Shown here one piece after another: positions 9,107 to 17,704 of a stretch of DNA of 22,602 bases. The translations under genes were made by a program, and so were the position numbers. Under the pieces are notes generated by a model that saw nothing but the letters and a program-made list of their open reading frames with translations, ran no database searches and had not been told where the DNA came from. The DNA is from Acidobacteriota bacterium (GTDB lineage Bacteria; Acidobacteriota; Thermoanaerobaculia; Multivoradales; UBA5704): contig JBDTZG010000076.1 in NCBI GenBank assembly GCA_040005235.1, positions 1-22,602 on the forward strand. The letters are read 5' to 3'. Each line of letters opens with the position of its first letter. The first letter of the stretch is position 1.

Positions 9107-12100
9107 CCGAGGTCCAGTTCGGGATCGTTTTGCGGGAGGGTAGGGACGACGCTTCCCACCTCCCGCCGCCGTCTCAGCTTGTAGACCGCCGGGTAGACCA
9201 GCAGCTCCAGAATGAACGAGGTGGCGAGGCCGCCGATCATCGGCGCGGCGATCCGTTGGAGGACGTCGGCTCCCGCCGAGCGGGTCCAGAGGATCGGCAG
9301 CAGGCCGCAGAAGGCGGCGGCGACGGTCATCAGCTTCGGCCGGGCGCGCTTGACCGCGCCGTGGACGATCGCCTCGTCCATCTCTTCGATCGTCCGCAGG
9401 CGGCCGGCGGCGCGTGCCTCGTTCCACGACAGGTCGAGGAACAAGAGCATGAACACCCCCGTCTCGGCGTCGAGCCCGAGCAGCGCGATCATCCCCACCC
9501 AGGCGGCGACCGAAACTTGATAACCCAGCAGGTAGAACAGCCAGACCGCGCCGACGCAGGAGAACGGCACCGCGAGCATCACCAGCGTCGCCTTCCAGGC
9601 CGCGCCGGTGTTGGCAAGCAGCAGGACGAAGATCAACCCGAGGGTGATCGGCACCAGCAGGCGCAGGCGTCGCCGCGCGGTGAGCAGGTGCTCGTATTGG
9701 CCGCTCCAGCCGAGGCTCACCCCGGGCGGCAGCCTGAGGTCGCGGGAGACCGCGGCGCGCGCCGCCTCGACGAAGCCGCCGAGGTCGCGGCCGGCGACGT
9801 CGATGTAGACGTAGCCGGTGAGGAAACCGTTCTCGTCGCGAATCATCGAAGGGCCGGAGACGACCGCCAGATCCGCCACCTGGCCGAGCAGCACCCGGGC
9901 GCCGACAGGCGTGTCGATCGGCAATTGGGCGAGCGCGTCGGGCGTGTCGCGCAGCTCGCGCGGCAGGCGCACGGTGACCGGAATCCGCGCCCGGCCGTCG
10001 AGCAGGGTCGAGACCTGCTCGCCGCCCGCCGCGGTGGCGATCAGGCCGTTCAGCCGTTCGATCGTCAGGCCGTAGCGCGCAAGGTCGGCGCGCCGGGGCG
10101 TGACGTCGAGGAACAGCCCGCCAGCCGTCCGTTCCGCAAACACCCGGGCGGCGCCCGGCACGCGCGCAACGATTTTTTCCACCTCCGTGCCGACGCGCTC
10201 GATTTCCCCGAGATCGGCGCCGTAGATCTTCACCCCCACGGGGGTGCGCAAGCCGGTCGAGAGCATCAGAATCCGGGTCTGGATCGGTTGCAGCCAGGAG
10301 TTCGTGATGCCCGGCGCGCGGATCGCCGCGTCCATCTCGTCGATCAGCTCCTCGCGCGAGATCCGATCGGGCCAGAGCGCCGCAAAGGGCGCCCGGCCCC
10401 ACGAGGGGGCGTGCCCCGACCACCAGCGCGGCTTCTCGCGCCATTCGTCGCGGGGTTTCAAGATCACGGTGGTTTCAACCATCGACAGCGGCGCCGGATC
10501 GGTGGCGCTCTCGGCGCGGCCGGCCTTGCCGAAAACTCTTTCCACTTCGGGAAAACCCTTGAGGATGCGGTCCTCTGCGGTGAGCAGCCGCTGCGCTTCG
10601 CCGATCGATAGGCCGGGCAGCGTGATCGGCATGTACAGCAGCGTCCCCTCGTCGAGCGGCGGCATGAATTCGGTGCCCAACGACAGATACGCCGGCACGC
10701 TCGCCGCGACGATCAGAACCGCCGCGCCGATCGTCGCCCACGGATGGCGAAGCACGAAGCGGCAGGCCGGCTCGTAGAGTTTCGCCACGCCGCGCTGCAC
10801 CGGATGGTGGTTTTCGTCGCGATAGGTGCCGACGCCGAGGGTGGTCGCGATCCGCGCGAGAAACCGGGGCCGGAACGTGAACGGTTCGGCGCGCGCAAAC
10901 ATCATCCGCAACGCCGGATCGAGCGTGATCGCGAGCAGCGCCGCCACCGCCATCGTAAGGTTTTTGGACGCCGCAAGCGGCCGGAAGAGACGTCCCTCCT
11001 GGCCCGATAGCGCGAACACCGGCAGGAAGGCGACCGCGATCACCAACAGCGAAAAGAACACCGACGGGCCGACCTCCTGGAGCGCCTTCAAGCGCACCTC
11101 GGCGAACGGTTCCTTCTTTCCGTTCTCCTGCCAAAGATGAATTCGCTGATAGGCGTTTTCCACCTCGACGATCGCGCCGTCGACCAGTACGCCGATCGAG
11201 ATCGCGATGCCTGCGATCGACATCAAATTGATTTCCAATCCGAGCGCGGAAAACGGCAGAAACGCAAGCAGTACCGCGATCGGCAGGGTCACGATCGGCA
11301 CGATCGCGGACGGGAAATGCCAGAGGAAGAAAAGAATCACCAGCGCCACCACGATCATTTCGATCACCAGCTCGTGGGAGAGCGTATGGATCGTCGCCCG
11401 GATCAGCGTCGAGCGGTCGTAGGTCGGAACGATCTCCACCCCGGCGGGAAGGCTGGCGCGCAATTCGGCGAGCTTCGCCTTCACCCGGTCGATCGCGGCG
11501 AGCGCGTTTTCGCCGTGGCGGATGATCACGATCGCGCCCACGGCGTCGCCCGTGCCGTCCAGATCGGTGGCGCCGCGGCGGAGCGCGGGGCCGACCGCGA
11601 CGTTTGCCACCTCGCCCAGCAGCACCGGCGCGCGGCCCGGCTCGGCGCGCACCACGGCGCTCCTTAAATCCTCGGCGTTTTTGGCCAGCCCGCGCCCGCG
11701 GACCATGATCTCGGCGCCGCCCGCCTCGATCAGCCGGCCGCCGGTTTCGACGTTGGCACCGCGCACGGCGCCGACCAGATCGCCGAGGGAGAGTCCGTAC
11801 GCCTCCAGCCGCGCCGGATCGGCGGTCACCTGCATTTCGGGCGGCAGGCCGCCGACCGAGGCGACCTCGGCGACGCCGGGGACCGACTGGACCGCGAAGC
11901 GGAGCGTCCAATCCTGTAGCTGGCGCAGATCGGTCGACGACATCCTTCCCGATCGGTCGACCAGCGCGTATTGATAGACCCAGCCGACCCCCGAGGCGTC
12001 GGGGCCGAGCTCCGTCTTCACCCCTTCCGGCAGATCGACCTTCGCCAACTGCTCGAGCACCCGGGAACGCGCCACTCCCGTTTCGGTCCCCTCCTCGAAC

Positions 12101-12384
12101 ACCGCGTAGACGTAGGAGAAGCCGAAATCGGAAAAGCCGCGCACCGCTTTGACCCCCGAAGTGCCGAGCAGAGCGGTCGCGAGCGGGTAGGTGACCTGTT
12201 CCTCGATCCGGTCGGGCGGTCGGTCCCAGCGCGAAAAGACGATCACCTGGGGGTCCGAAAGATCGGGCAGCGCATCGAGCGGAATGCGGCCGAGGGCCGA
12301 GACGGCGAGCAGGAGCAGCGCGCCGACCGCAAGCAGAACGAACAACGGATGGCGCGCAGAAGCGCCGATGATCCGGGCGATCAT
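9088..12384 (-). CDS. cusA: CusA/CzcA-family heavy-metal efflux RND permease, Cu(I)/Ag(I) type
   Basis: PLDALPDLSDPQVIV and GPDASGVGWVYQY signatures; Met triad equivalents LLYMP, PLSMVETT, RILMLSTG; proton-relay motifs VLVDGAIVEVEN, DAETG, RARPKLMT. Confidence 0.95.
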   Translation of the reverse strand: MIARIIGASARHPLFVLLAVGALLLLAVSALGRIPLDALPDLSDPQVIVFSRWDRPPDRIEEQVTYPLATALLGTSGVKAVRGFSDFGFSYVYAVFEEGTETGVARSRVLEQLAKVDLPEGVKTELGPDASGVGWVYQYALVDRSGRMSSTDLRQLQDWTLRFAVQSVPGVAEVASVGGLPPEMQVTADPARLEAYGLSLGDLVGAVRGANVETGGRLIEAGGAEIMVRGRGLAKNAEDLRSAVVRAEPGRAPVLLGEVANVAVGPALRRGATDLDGTGDAVGAIVIIRHGENALAAIDRVKAKLAELRASLPAGVEIVPTYDRSTLIRATIHTLSHELVIEMIVVALVILFFLWHFPSAIVPIVTLPIAVLLAFLPFSALGLEINLMSIAGIAISIGVLVDGAIVEVENAYQRIHLWQENGKKEPFAEVRLKALQEVGPSVFFSLLVIAVAFLPVFALSGQEGRLFRPLAASKNLTMAVAALLAITLDPALRMMFARAEPFTFRPRFLARIATTLGVGTYRDENHHPVQRGVAKLYEPACRFVLRHPWATIGAAVLIVAASVPAYLSLGTEFMPPLDEGTLLYMPITLPGLSIGEAQRLLTAEDRILKGFPEVERVFGKAGRAESATDPAPLSMVETTVILKPRDEWREKPRWWSGHAPSWGRAPFAALWPDRISREELIDEMDAAIRAPGITNSWLQPIQTRILMLSTGLRTPVGVKIYGADLGEIERVGTEVEKIVARVPGAARVFAERTAGGLFLDVTPRRADLARYGLTIERLNGLIATAAGGEQVSTLLDGRARIPVTVRLPRELRDTPDALAQLPIDTPVGARVLLGQVADLAVVSGPSMIRDENGFLTGYVYIDVAGRDLGGFVEAARAAVSRDLRLPPGVSLGWSGQYEHLLTARRRLRLLVPITLGLIFVLLLANTGAAWKATLVMLAVPFSCVGAVWLFYLLGYQVSVAAWVGMIALLGLDAETGVFMLLFLDLSWNEARAAGRLRTIEEMDEAIVHGAVKRARPKLMTVAAAFCGLLPILWTRSAGADVLQRIAAPMIGGLATSFILELLVYPAVYKLRRRREVGSVVPTLPQNDPELDLGQVAGR

Positions 12385-13775
12385 CGCGGCTCCTTCGGGG
12401 TTGGGGTAGCCGCGGGGAGCGCGCCGCGCAGGCGGCTTTCGGCGTCGAGCAGAAACGCCGCCTGCGCCGCCACCCGGTCACCCTCTTTGAGACCGGAAAG
12501 GATCTCCACCCGGCCGCCGACCCGCGTGCCGACTCTCACCTCGCGCGATGCAAATTTTCCCGGAGAGGTCTCGACGAACGCGAGCGTCCGTTCGCCCGTC
12601 GGCAGCAGCCCGGAGTCGGGCACCGTGAGCGCCTCGCGACCCGGCTCCGCCAACTCGACGAACGCCGACATGCCGGGTTTGAGCGCCAGATCGCCGTTGG
12701 CGAACGCGGCGCGCACGGTGAGCGTCCGGTTGACGGGATCGAGCAGCGGCAGGATCGCGGTCAGTTTGCCGGCGCGGCTCTCGCCCGGCGCGGCGGCGAG
12801 GGTGAGGGTGGCCGTGCGGCCGATCACCCCGAGGGCCGCGTCGCTCTCGGGCAGGCTTGCCTCGACGAAGACCGCCGATAGATCGCTGATCTCGAACAGC
12901 ATCGTCCCGGCTTCGACCCGGGCGCCGCGCACCGCGCCGAGCCGGGTGACCCAGCCGGAGGCCGGGGCGACGACTCCGAGCGTCCGCTCCGACCGGCCGG
13001 TCCGTTCGATGCGCGCGATCGTCTCTTCCGACAGGCCGAGCAGCGAAAGGCGCCGCCGGGCCGCCGCAGCCAGGTCGGCGCCGCCGCTCACGACTTCCGG
13101 AATGGCGGAGCCGGCAAAGCGCCCGGCCGCGGCGCGGGCGGAGAGAAATTCCTCCTCGCTTGCCACCAGCTCGGGAGAAAACAAACGCGCGAGCGTCTGT
13201 CCGCGGCGCACCCGCTCGGCGGTGCGGGCGACCGGCAACTCTTCGAGCCAGCCGGCGAAACGGGCCACCACCTCGGTCCGGCGCGCTTCGTCGGCGACCA
13301 CTGTGCCGGGCAGGCGGACCGAGCGCGCGATCCGTTCTCTAGCCACCGGCACGACCGTAACGCCGCCGAGCGCGAGGCTCGCGTCCGACAACGCGGGTGC
13401 GCCGGACTGTGCGCCTTCCGAGGGGTCCGGGTCGGCATAGACCGGCACGTAATCCATGCCCATCTCGTCCTTGGCCGGCACCGGAGAGGTGACCTCCGGG
13501 CGCATCGGATGGCGATAAAACGCCGGCCGCCGTGGCGCCCCGGCAACGGACGAACCCTTCGCCGTCGCGCTCGAAGCGGCGCTTTTCCGGGGGACCAGCC
13601 GCATGCTGCAGATCGGGCAGTTCCCTGGGTGATCCGAGGAGAAATTCGGATGCATCGGACAGTAGTAGGCGCCGAGCTCGGCGGAGGCCGCGGGGGGAGT
13701 TTTGGCGCACGCGTGGGTGCCGAGGACCGGTATCGCGAGGAGGAGCAGCAGGGCGAGCGGGCGGAAACGGTTCAT
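12381..13775 (-). CDS. cusB: CusB-like efflux RND periplasmic adaptor with N-terminal heavy-metal-binding domains
   Basis: Real start MNRFRP at 13775 (ATGA overlap with the upstream stop; also ATGA overlap with cusA). YYCPMHP...PGNCPICSMRL and YRHPM...KDEMGMDYVPVY motifs; LFSPELVASEEEFL, APASG, LKPGM, FLLDAESRL. Confidence 0.92.
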   Translation of the reverse strand: MNRFRPLALLLLLAIPVLGTHACAKTPPAASAELGAYYCPMHPNFSSDHPGNCPICSMRLVPRKSAASSATAKGSSVAGAPRRPAFYRHPMRPEVTSPVPAKDEMGMDYVPVYADPDPSEGAQSGAPALSDASLALGGVTVVPVARERIARSVRLPGTVVADEARRTEVVARFAGWLEELPVARTAERVRRGQTLARLFSPELVASEEEFLSARAAAGRFAGSAIPEVVSGGADLAAAARRRLSLLGLSEETIARIERTGRSERTLGVVAPASGWVTRLGAVRGARVEAGTMLFEISDLSAVFVEASLPESDAALGVIGRTATLTLAAAPGESRAGKLTAILPLLDPVNRTLTVRAAFANGDLALKPGMSAFVELAEPGREALTVPDSGLLPTGERTLAFVETSPGKFASREVRVGTRVGGRVEILSGLKEGDRVAAQAAFLLDAESRLRGALPAATPTPKEPR

Positions 13776-15208
13776 CGCGAACCTCCCGGAGGGACGATGG
13801 GAACGGGATTGTCGAGCAGCGTCGATTCGGAAGGCGGGCCCAGCAGGCCGGCCAGCTCGGTCGCCGCCGAATAGCGCGCGGCCTGGGCCTGAGCGAGATC
13901 GGCGCGCGCGTCGATCCAGGTGGTGAAGGCGGCGAGCGCGCCGGACAGATCGCCGCGCCCGGCGAGGTAATCCGAGCGCGAAGCGTCGAACGCGAAGCGG
14001 GCCTGGGGCAACAGGGCCTGCTCGAGGTGGTAGGCGATCTCCTCGTTCTTGGCGATCTCGGCAGCGAGCCGTGCAGCTTGCGCCTGGGCGTCGATCTCGG
14101 CGGCCCGCAGGTCCGCCCGCGCGGCTTCGACCTCGCTCTCCGCCGCCGCACGCAGCGCCTCGGCGCGGTCGTTGTGCCACGAGGGGAGCTGCACGCCGAA
14201 GCGCAGCGCGACCATCGGATCCAACGCGCCGCGGGTGCCGATTCCGGCGCCGGCCGTAAAGTCCGGTTTGCCGGCGAGCTTGGCGACCGCCTCGCGCTTT
14301 TCCGCCGCCGCCAGTGACGCGCGGGCAAGCAGCACTTCGGGAGCCGCGGCGACCGCGCGGGCGGACGGATCGGCGGCCGGCGTTCCGCCGTCGAACGAGT
14401 GGGCGGCCAGCATGGCCGCGGGGGCTGGAGCGGTCGCTGGGACGGGTGCGGCCGGAGTGGCCTGAGGCGTCGACGTAGCGCCCACCGCGGGAGCCGCTTG
14501 AAACAGCTGCGGCAAAGGCGGAAGCGCATCGATCGGTCCGATCGCGGCGGGGCCGCTCCGGCCCAGCCAACGGCCCAGCTCCGCCTCCGCCGTCCGTCGT
14601 TCGGCAGCGATCTCGATCCGCCTCTCCTCGGCATGCAGCCGTTCGAGCTGGGCGCGCGCCACCTCGCCCTGGCCCCCCTGGCCCGCGCCGTACGATTGGG
14701 TCGCCGTCGCGGCCACCAGATCGAGCAGCTCGCGGCCGGCGCGCCAGGCCGCGTCGGCCTGATCGAGCGCGAAGATCCGGGCGTAGGTGCCCCGCACCCC
14801 GGCGGCGACCCGGCGGATCGCGAGCACTGCGGCCACCCCCGGAATCTCGGCGTCGCTCGCCGCGGCCGACCGCTCCGCCCGTCGCCGCGCGGGGTGCGGC
14901 AGCTCTTGGCGGAATTCGAGGCCGAGCAGCGAGAACTCGCTGGTGCCCACCGTGTAGCGCGGGAAGCTCTCGTCGTCGAGATAGGTCTCGAAGCTCGGCC
15001 CGGGAAGGATACCCGCCGGGCGCGCCGCCGCCTGGGCCGCCGCCGAGCGAGCCTCGGCCGCCCGAATCTCCGGATTCTGGGCGAGCGCCTCGGCGATGAG
15101 GACCTCGAGCGGCGGAGTAGGAACGACGGAGGCTGAGTCCGCGGCACTGAGGGCGGGAGCCCCTGCGGTAAGCAACGCGACCGCGAACGATAGGCGAAAG
15201 GAAGGCAT
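13772..15208 (-). CDS. TolC-family outer-membrane efflux protein (CusC equivalent)
   Basis: SD GGAGG before ATG at 15208 (MPSFRLSFAVALL); LEVLIAEALAQNPEIRAA, FRQELP, SYGAGQG, LLPQA...SDYLAGRGD motifs; immediately upstream of cusB-cusA. Confidence 0.9.
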   Translation of the reverse strand: MPSFRLSFAVALLTAGAPALSAADSASVVPTPPLEVLIAEALAQNPEIRAAEARSAAAQAAARPAGILPGPSFETYLDDESFPRYTVGTSEFSLLGLEFRQELPHPARRRAERSAAASDAEIPGVAAVLAIRRVAAGVRGTYARIFALDQADAAWRAGRELLDLVAATATQSYGAGQGGQGEVARAQLERLHAEERRIEIAAERRTAEAELGRWLGRSGPAAIGPIDALPPLPQLFQAAPAVGATSTPQATPAAPVPATAPAPAAMLAAHSFDGGTPAADPSARAVAAAPEVLLARASLAAAEKREAVAKLAGKPDFTAGAGIGTRGALDPMVALRFGVQLPSWHNDRAEALRAAAESEVEAARADLRAAEIDAQAQAARLAAEIAKNEEIAYHLEQALLPQARFAFDASRSDYLAGRGDLSGALAAFTTWIDARADLAQAQAARYSAATELAGLLGPPSESTLLDNPVPIVPPGGSR

Positions 15209-15281
15209 GTTTCCTCCGGAAAACGAATTGTCGGGCAAGCCCGCTATGGGCTCGCGCGGACACACTTCTCCTGAGGAAGGT

Positions 15282-15638
15282 CTAGATCAGAAACGCGGCA
15301 AACAGTGTGAAGCGCCCGATCTCCGGGTGGAGCGCGGAGGCGTTCATCGGTCGCCACGAACCGACGGCCGCGACCGCTTCACCCCCGGCGGGCGCCGGAA
15401 CCGCGGGCGTCGAAGGAAGAGCGGCGAGGCAAGAAGCCGGCGCCGATGGCGGCCGTTCGGCCCGCGTAGCCCCCGGGCAGCAGTCGCCGCCCATCTTCTG
15501 GCACGCCTGGCGCGCGACGGTGTCCATCGGGCATCGGTCCCTGCCGCACACCATCCCCGGCATCGACGCCAAGACCGCCCCCAGCAACAGGGCGAGCACA
15601 GTAACTCGGCGGGGGCGGCGGGGGAGGGTGTAGGTCAT
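15282..15638 (-). CDS. Small Cys/Pro-rich exported-type upstream ORF of the metal-efflux operon
   Basis: MTYTLPRRPRRVTVLALLLGAVLASMPGMVCGRDRCPM...ACQKMGGDCC...RFTLFAAFLI: basic N-terminus, hydrophobic segment, Cys/Met cluster, Pro-rich linker, hydrophobic FLI end; 73 nt upstream of the TolC-family gene. Confidence 0.7.
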   Translation of the reverse strand: MTYTLPRRPRRVTVLALLLGAVLASMPGMVCGRDRCPMDTVARQACQKMGGDCCPGATRAERPPSAPASCLAALPSTPAVPAPAGGEAVAAVGSWRPMNASALHPEIGRFTLFAAFLI

Positions 15639-15648
15639 GACGTCTAAG

Positions 15649-15677
15649 AGTGTACATCGGGCTTGCGGGGGTTGCGA
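15649..15677 (-). promoter_or_regulatory. Putative sigma70 promoter of the efflux operon
   Basis: Minus strand TCGCAA-N17-TACACT, ending 10 nt before ATG 15638, which has no SD (near-leaderless). Confidence 0.45.
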
Positions 15678-15729
15678 GGGCGCACCCCCGAATCCACCCG
15701 TTGGGGTGGGAGGAGATTGCACCCCGGGC

Positions 15730-17220
15730 TCAGGGAGTGGCGAATTGCCGCGCGTCTCGGCTTCCTCCGGCTTCTGGCGTTACCGTTTCGCCGGGGCGCG
15801 CGGGCACCGAAGGTAGGAGCTGTCCCCGATCGACTGTGAGGACCGACGACCAGAGCTGCATTTCCCCGGCGCCGCCGTGAATCCAGGCGAGGTGAAATCC
15901 ACCGTTGGGTAGCCCCACCAGCCCCTGCGTGTCGCCGCCGTTCTTGAAGCGGTATTCAGAGGCGACCGGATCGCTTCCCGCTGCGAGCGGGCAGGTGGAT
16001 TTTTCTTCCACCCGCTGCTCGGCTGGGAAGGTCGCTCCGCCGTCGCCCGAGGCGGCGAAATAGAGTTGGTAGCAGCCGTCGGTCGGATCGGCGCGGCGGT
16101 CGTTCCAAGAGACCCCTACCACCCCCTCCCCGTTCACCGCGAGCGCCACATTGCTCTGGTCAGTAGCGCTTGGGTCGGGGCTCGCCAGGACCGGTTTCGA
16201 CCAGGTGGCGCCGTCATCCGGCGAGGAAGCGACCTTTACCCGATAGAAGCCACCCACGACGTCCAGCCACGCCATGTAGAGCTTTCTTGGGCGGGCGCCT
16301 TTCGAGGCGTCCACGGCGAGTCGCGCCCCGCCGAGCCCGAGCAGCGATTTGCCTTCCCGGGCGTGGCCGAAGACGTGGACATCGGGTCCCGGGCGAGGGC
16401 CGGAGAAGCGCCGGCCGCCGTCGCTCGAAACGATCGTCGGGTACGAGCCGGCGATTTCAGGTTCTCGCAGGCCTTCGGGCGCGAAGGTCTGGAGTGCGAC
16501 CACGAGCTGGCCGTCCGGCAGGCTCAGGAGGGCGCTCACGATGTTGAGCAGCTCCTTCTCGGGCGCCGGCAGCAGCAAGCGCGGAAAAGAGAACTTGTTG
16601 CCCCGGTCGCTCGACGAGGAAAAACCGATCACGTCTTGAGCGGTGTGTCCGAAGACGACGATCGGCAATTTGCCCGTGACGTACACCCGGCCCCGCATCG
16701 ACTCTTGCGCCGTCCGGTCGACGTCGATCCAAGGGCGGTCCCACGAGCCGGGCAGGTACACCGGCTCGCCCCACTCGCTGCCGCCATTGGTCGATTTCCA
16801 GGCCGCGAGCTGCTCCGAAAGGGTCAACAGGTAGGCATTTCCCTCGGCGTCGAAAGTCACCGTGGGATCGATGCCGTCGAACACCGGATCGCGCCTCGCT
16901 CCGTGCGTGGCGCGCACCCAGGATTGGCCGCCGTTTAAGGAGGCATAGACCGCGACGCCACCGTGCGTGCCGAAAACCATCGAGGCCGCAATCAGTTTCC
17001 TCTCATCGCGGGGATCTGCCGCCAAGGCCGACTCGACATGGCGGGCGGAAGGCTCGTCGGTCGAGAGCTGAACCGATCGAACGACGCGGATCGCGGAATC
17101 GCCGCTCGGCGTTTTCGGAGGGGCGGGCGGGATTTCCATCGAACCCGCGAGCGCCACGCACACGAGAGCCGGAAGCGCTCGTTCAGCAAGACGGAGAGCT
17201 TTGCTCGCCGGTAGCGACAT
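15730..17220 (-). CDS. Secreted BNR/Asp-box (sialidase-like) beta-propeller protein
   Basis: SD AAGGAGG before ATG at 17220; hydrophobic N-terminus; six Asp-boxes (SLNGGQSW, STNGGSEW, SSDRGNKF, SSDGGRRF, SPDDGATW, SGDGGATF); GGDTQGL motif. Confidence 0.88.
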   Translation of the reverse strand: MSLPASKALRLAERALPALVCVALAGSMEIPPAPPKTPSGDSAIRVVRSVQLSTDEPSARHVESALAADPRDERKLIAASMVFGTHGGVAVYASLNGGQSWVRATHGARRDPVFDGIDPTVTFDAEGNAYLLTLSEQLAAWKSTNGGSEWGEPVYLPGSWDRPWIDVDRTAQESMRGRVYVTGKLPIVVFGHTAQDVIGFSSSSDRGNKFSFPRLLLPAPEKELLNIVSALLSLPDGQLVVALQTFAPEGLREPEIAGSYPTIVSSDGGRRFSGPRPGPDVHVFGHAREGKSLLGLGGARLAVDASKGARPRKLYMAWLDVVGGFYRVKVASSPDDGATWSKPVLASPDPSATDQSNVALAVNGEGVVGVSWNDRRADPTDGCYQLYFAASGDGGATFPAEQRVEEKSTCPLAAGSDPVASEYRFKNGGDTQGLVGLPNGGFHLAWIHGGAGEMQLWSSVLTVDRGQLLPSVPARPGETVTPEAGGSRDARQFATP

Positions 17221-17264
17221 GGGATGCCTCCTTCGCCTGTCTCGCGGGTCATCCCGTGGGGTCA

Positions 17265-17310
17265 GGATGTCTAGCATGCGCGGCCGCCGGAGCGAATGTC
17301 TACTTTCGTG
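17265..17310. promoter_or_regulatory. Shared two-part promoter/operator motif, copy 1
   Basis: Box A GGATGTCTAGCATGCGCG (17265-17282) and box B CGAATGTCTACTTTCGTG (17293-17310; imperfect palindrome CGAAwGT-N2-ACwTTCG). Both recur at 20668-20710. Confidence 0.65.
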
Positions 17311-17312
17311 TC

Positions 17313-17342
17313 TTGACACGGTCGGTCCACTATCGCTAGTTT
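17313..17342 (+). promoter_or_regulatory. sigma70-type promoter for the XRE gene (leaderless)
   Basis: TTGACA (17313-17318)-N18-TAGTTT (17337-17342), then 7 nt to the GTG at 17350. Confidence 0.6.
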
Positions 17343-17349
17343 CTGCGTC

Positions 17350-17640
17350 GTGAATCAATCTAAATATGGCCTAGATCAATTCTCGTTCGGCTTGAATGAA
17401 GAGGCGCATGCCTTGGCGCAACGCTTCGGTCGCCGGCTTGGCCGTCTCCGCGTCGCCGCCGGAATGTCGAAAATCGACCTGGGGGTTGCCCTCGGCGTCC
17501 GGCGCCAGATGGTCGATCGCTACGAAAACGGGCTCGACCTGCCCCGATTGAACGTCGCCCTGCGGATCTGCGCGGCCTTCGGCCTGGAGCCCAATCAGCT
17601 GTTCTCCGGCCTCTTGGATGCGCCAGGCGACACGGCTTGA
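17350..17640 (+). CDS. XRE-family helix-turn-helix transcriptional regulator
   Basis: FGRRLGRLRVAAGMSKIDLGVALGVRRQMVDRYENGLDLPRLNVALRICAAFGLEPNQLF is a canonical Cro/C1-type HTH. Exact start uncertain. Confidence 0.88.
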   Translation: MNQSKYGLDQFSFGLNEEAHALAQRFGRRLGRLRVAAGMSKIDLGVALGVRRQMVDRYENGLDLPRLNVALRICAAFGLEPNQLFSGLLDAPGDTA

Positions 17641-17651
17641 CGGCAGGCTGT

Positions 17652-17690
17652 AAGAGGGGAGGGCGCTCATGCCCTTCCCTCTTTTTTCTT
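17652..17690 (+). terminator. Intrinsic terminator after the XRE gene
   Basis: AAGAGGGGAGGGC-GCTCAT-GCCCTTCCCTCTT (13-bp stem, one G:U) followed by TTTTCTT. Confidence 0.7.
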
Positions 17691-17704
17691 GGGAGGGCCA
17701 AGAC

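Noticed and set aside
8840-15147. Long alternative-frame ORFs (8840-10444, 9079-10611, 10475-12481, 11971-13440, 13339-15147)
   Set aside because: Stop-poor shadow frames typical of high-GC DNA overlapping clear cus genes.
13776-15263. N-terminal ~495 aa of the 960-aa tracked ORF (possible giant CusB or TolC-CusB frameshift fusion)
   Set aside because: Arg/Gly-rich off-frame read of the TolC gene. CusB has its own export signal and an ATGA-coupled start at 13775; no slippery site was noticed.
17293-17308. Box B as a LexA SOS box
   Set aside because: CGAA-N8-TTCG does not fit the spacing or sequence of CGAAC-N4-GTTCG or GTTC-N7-GTTC boxes.
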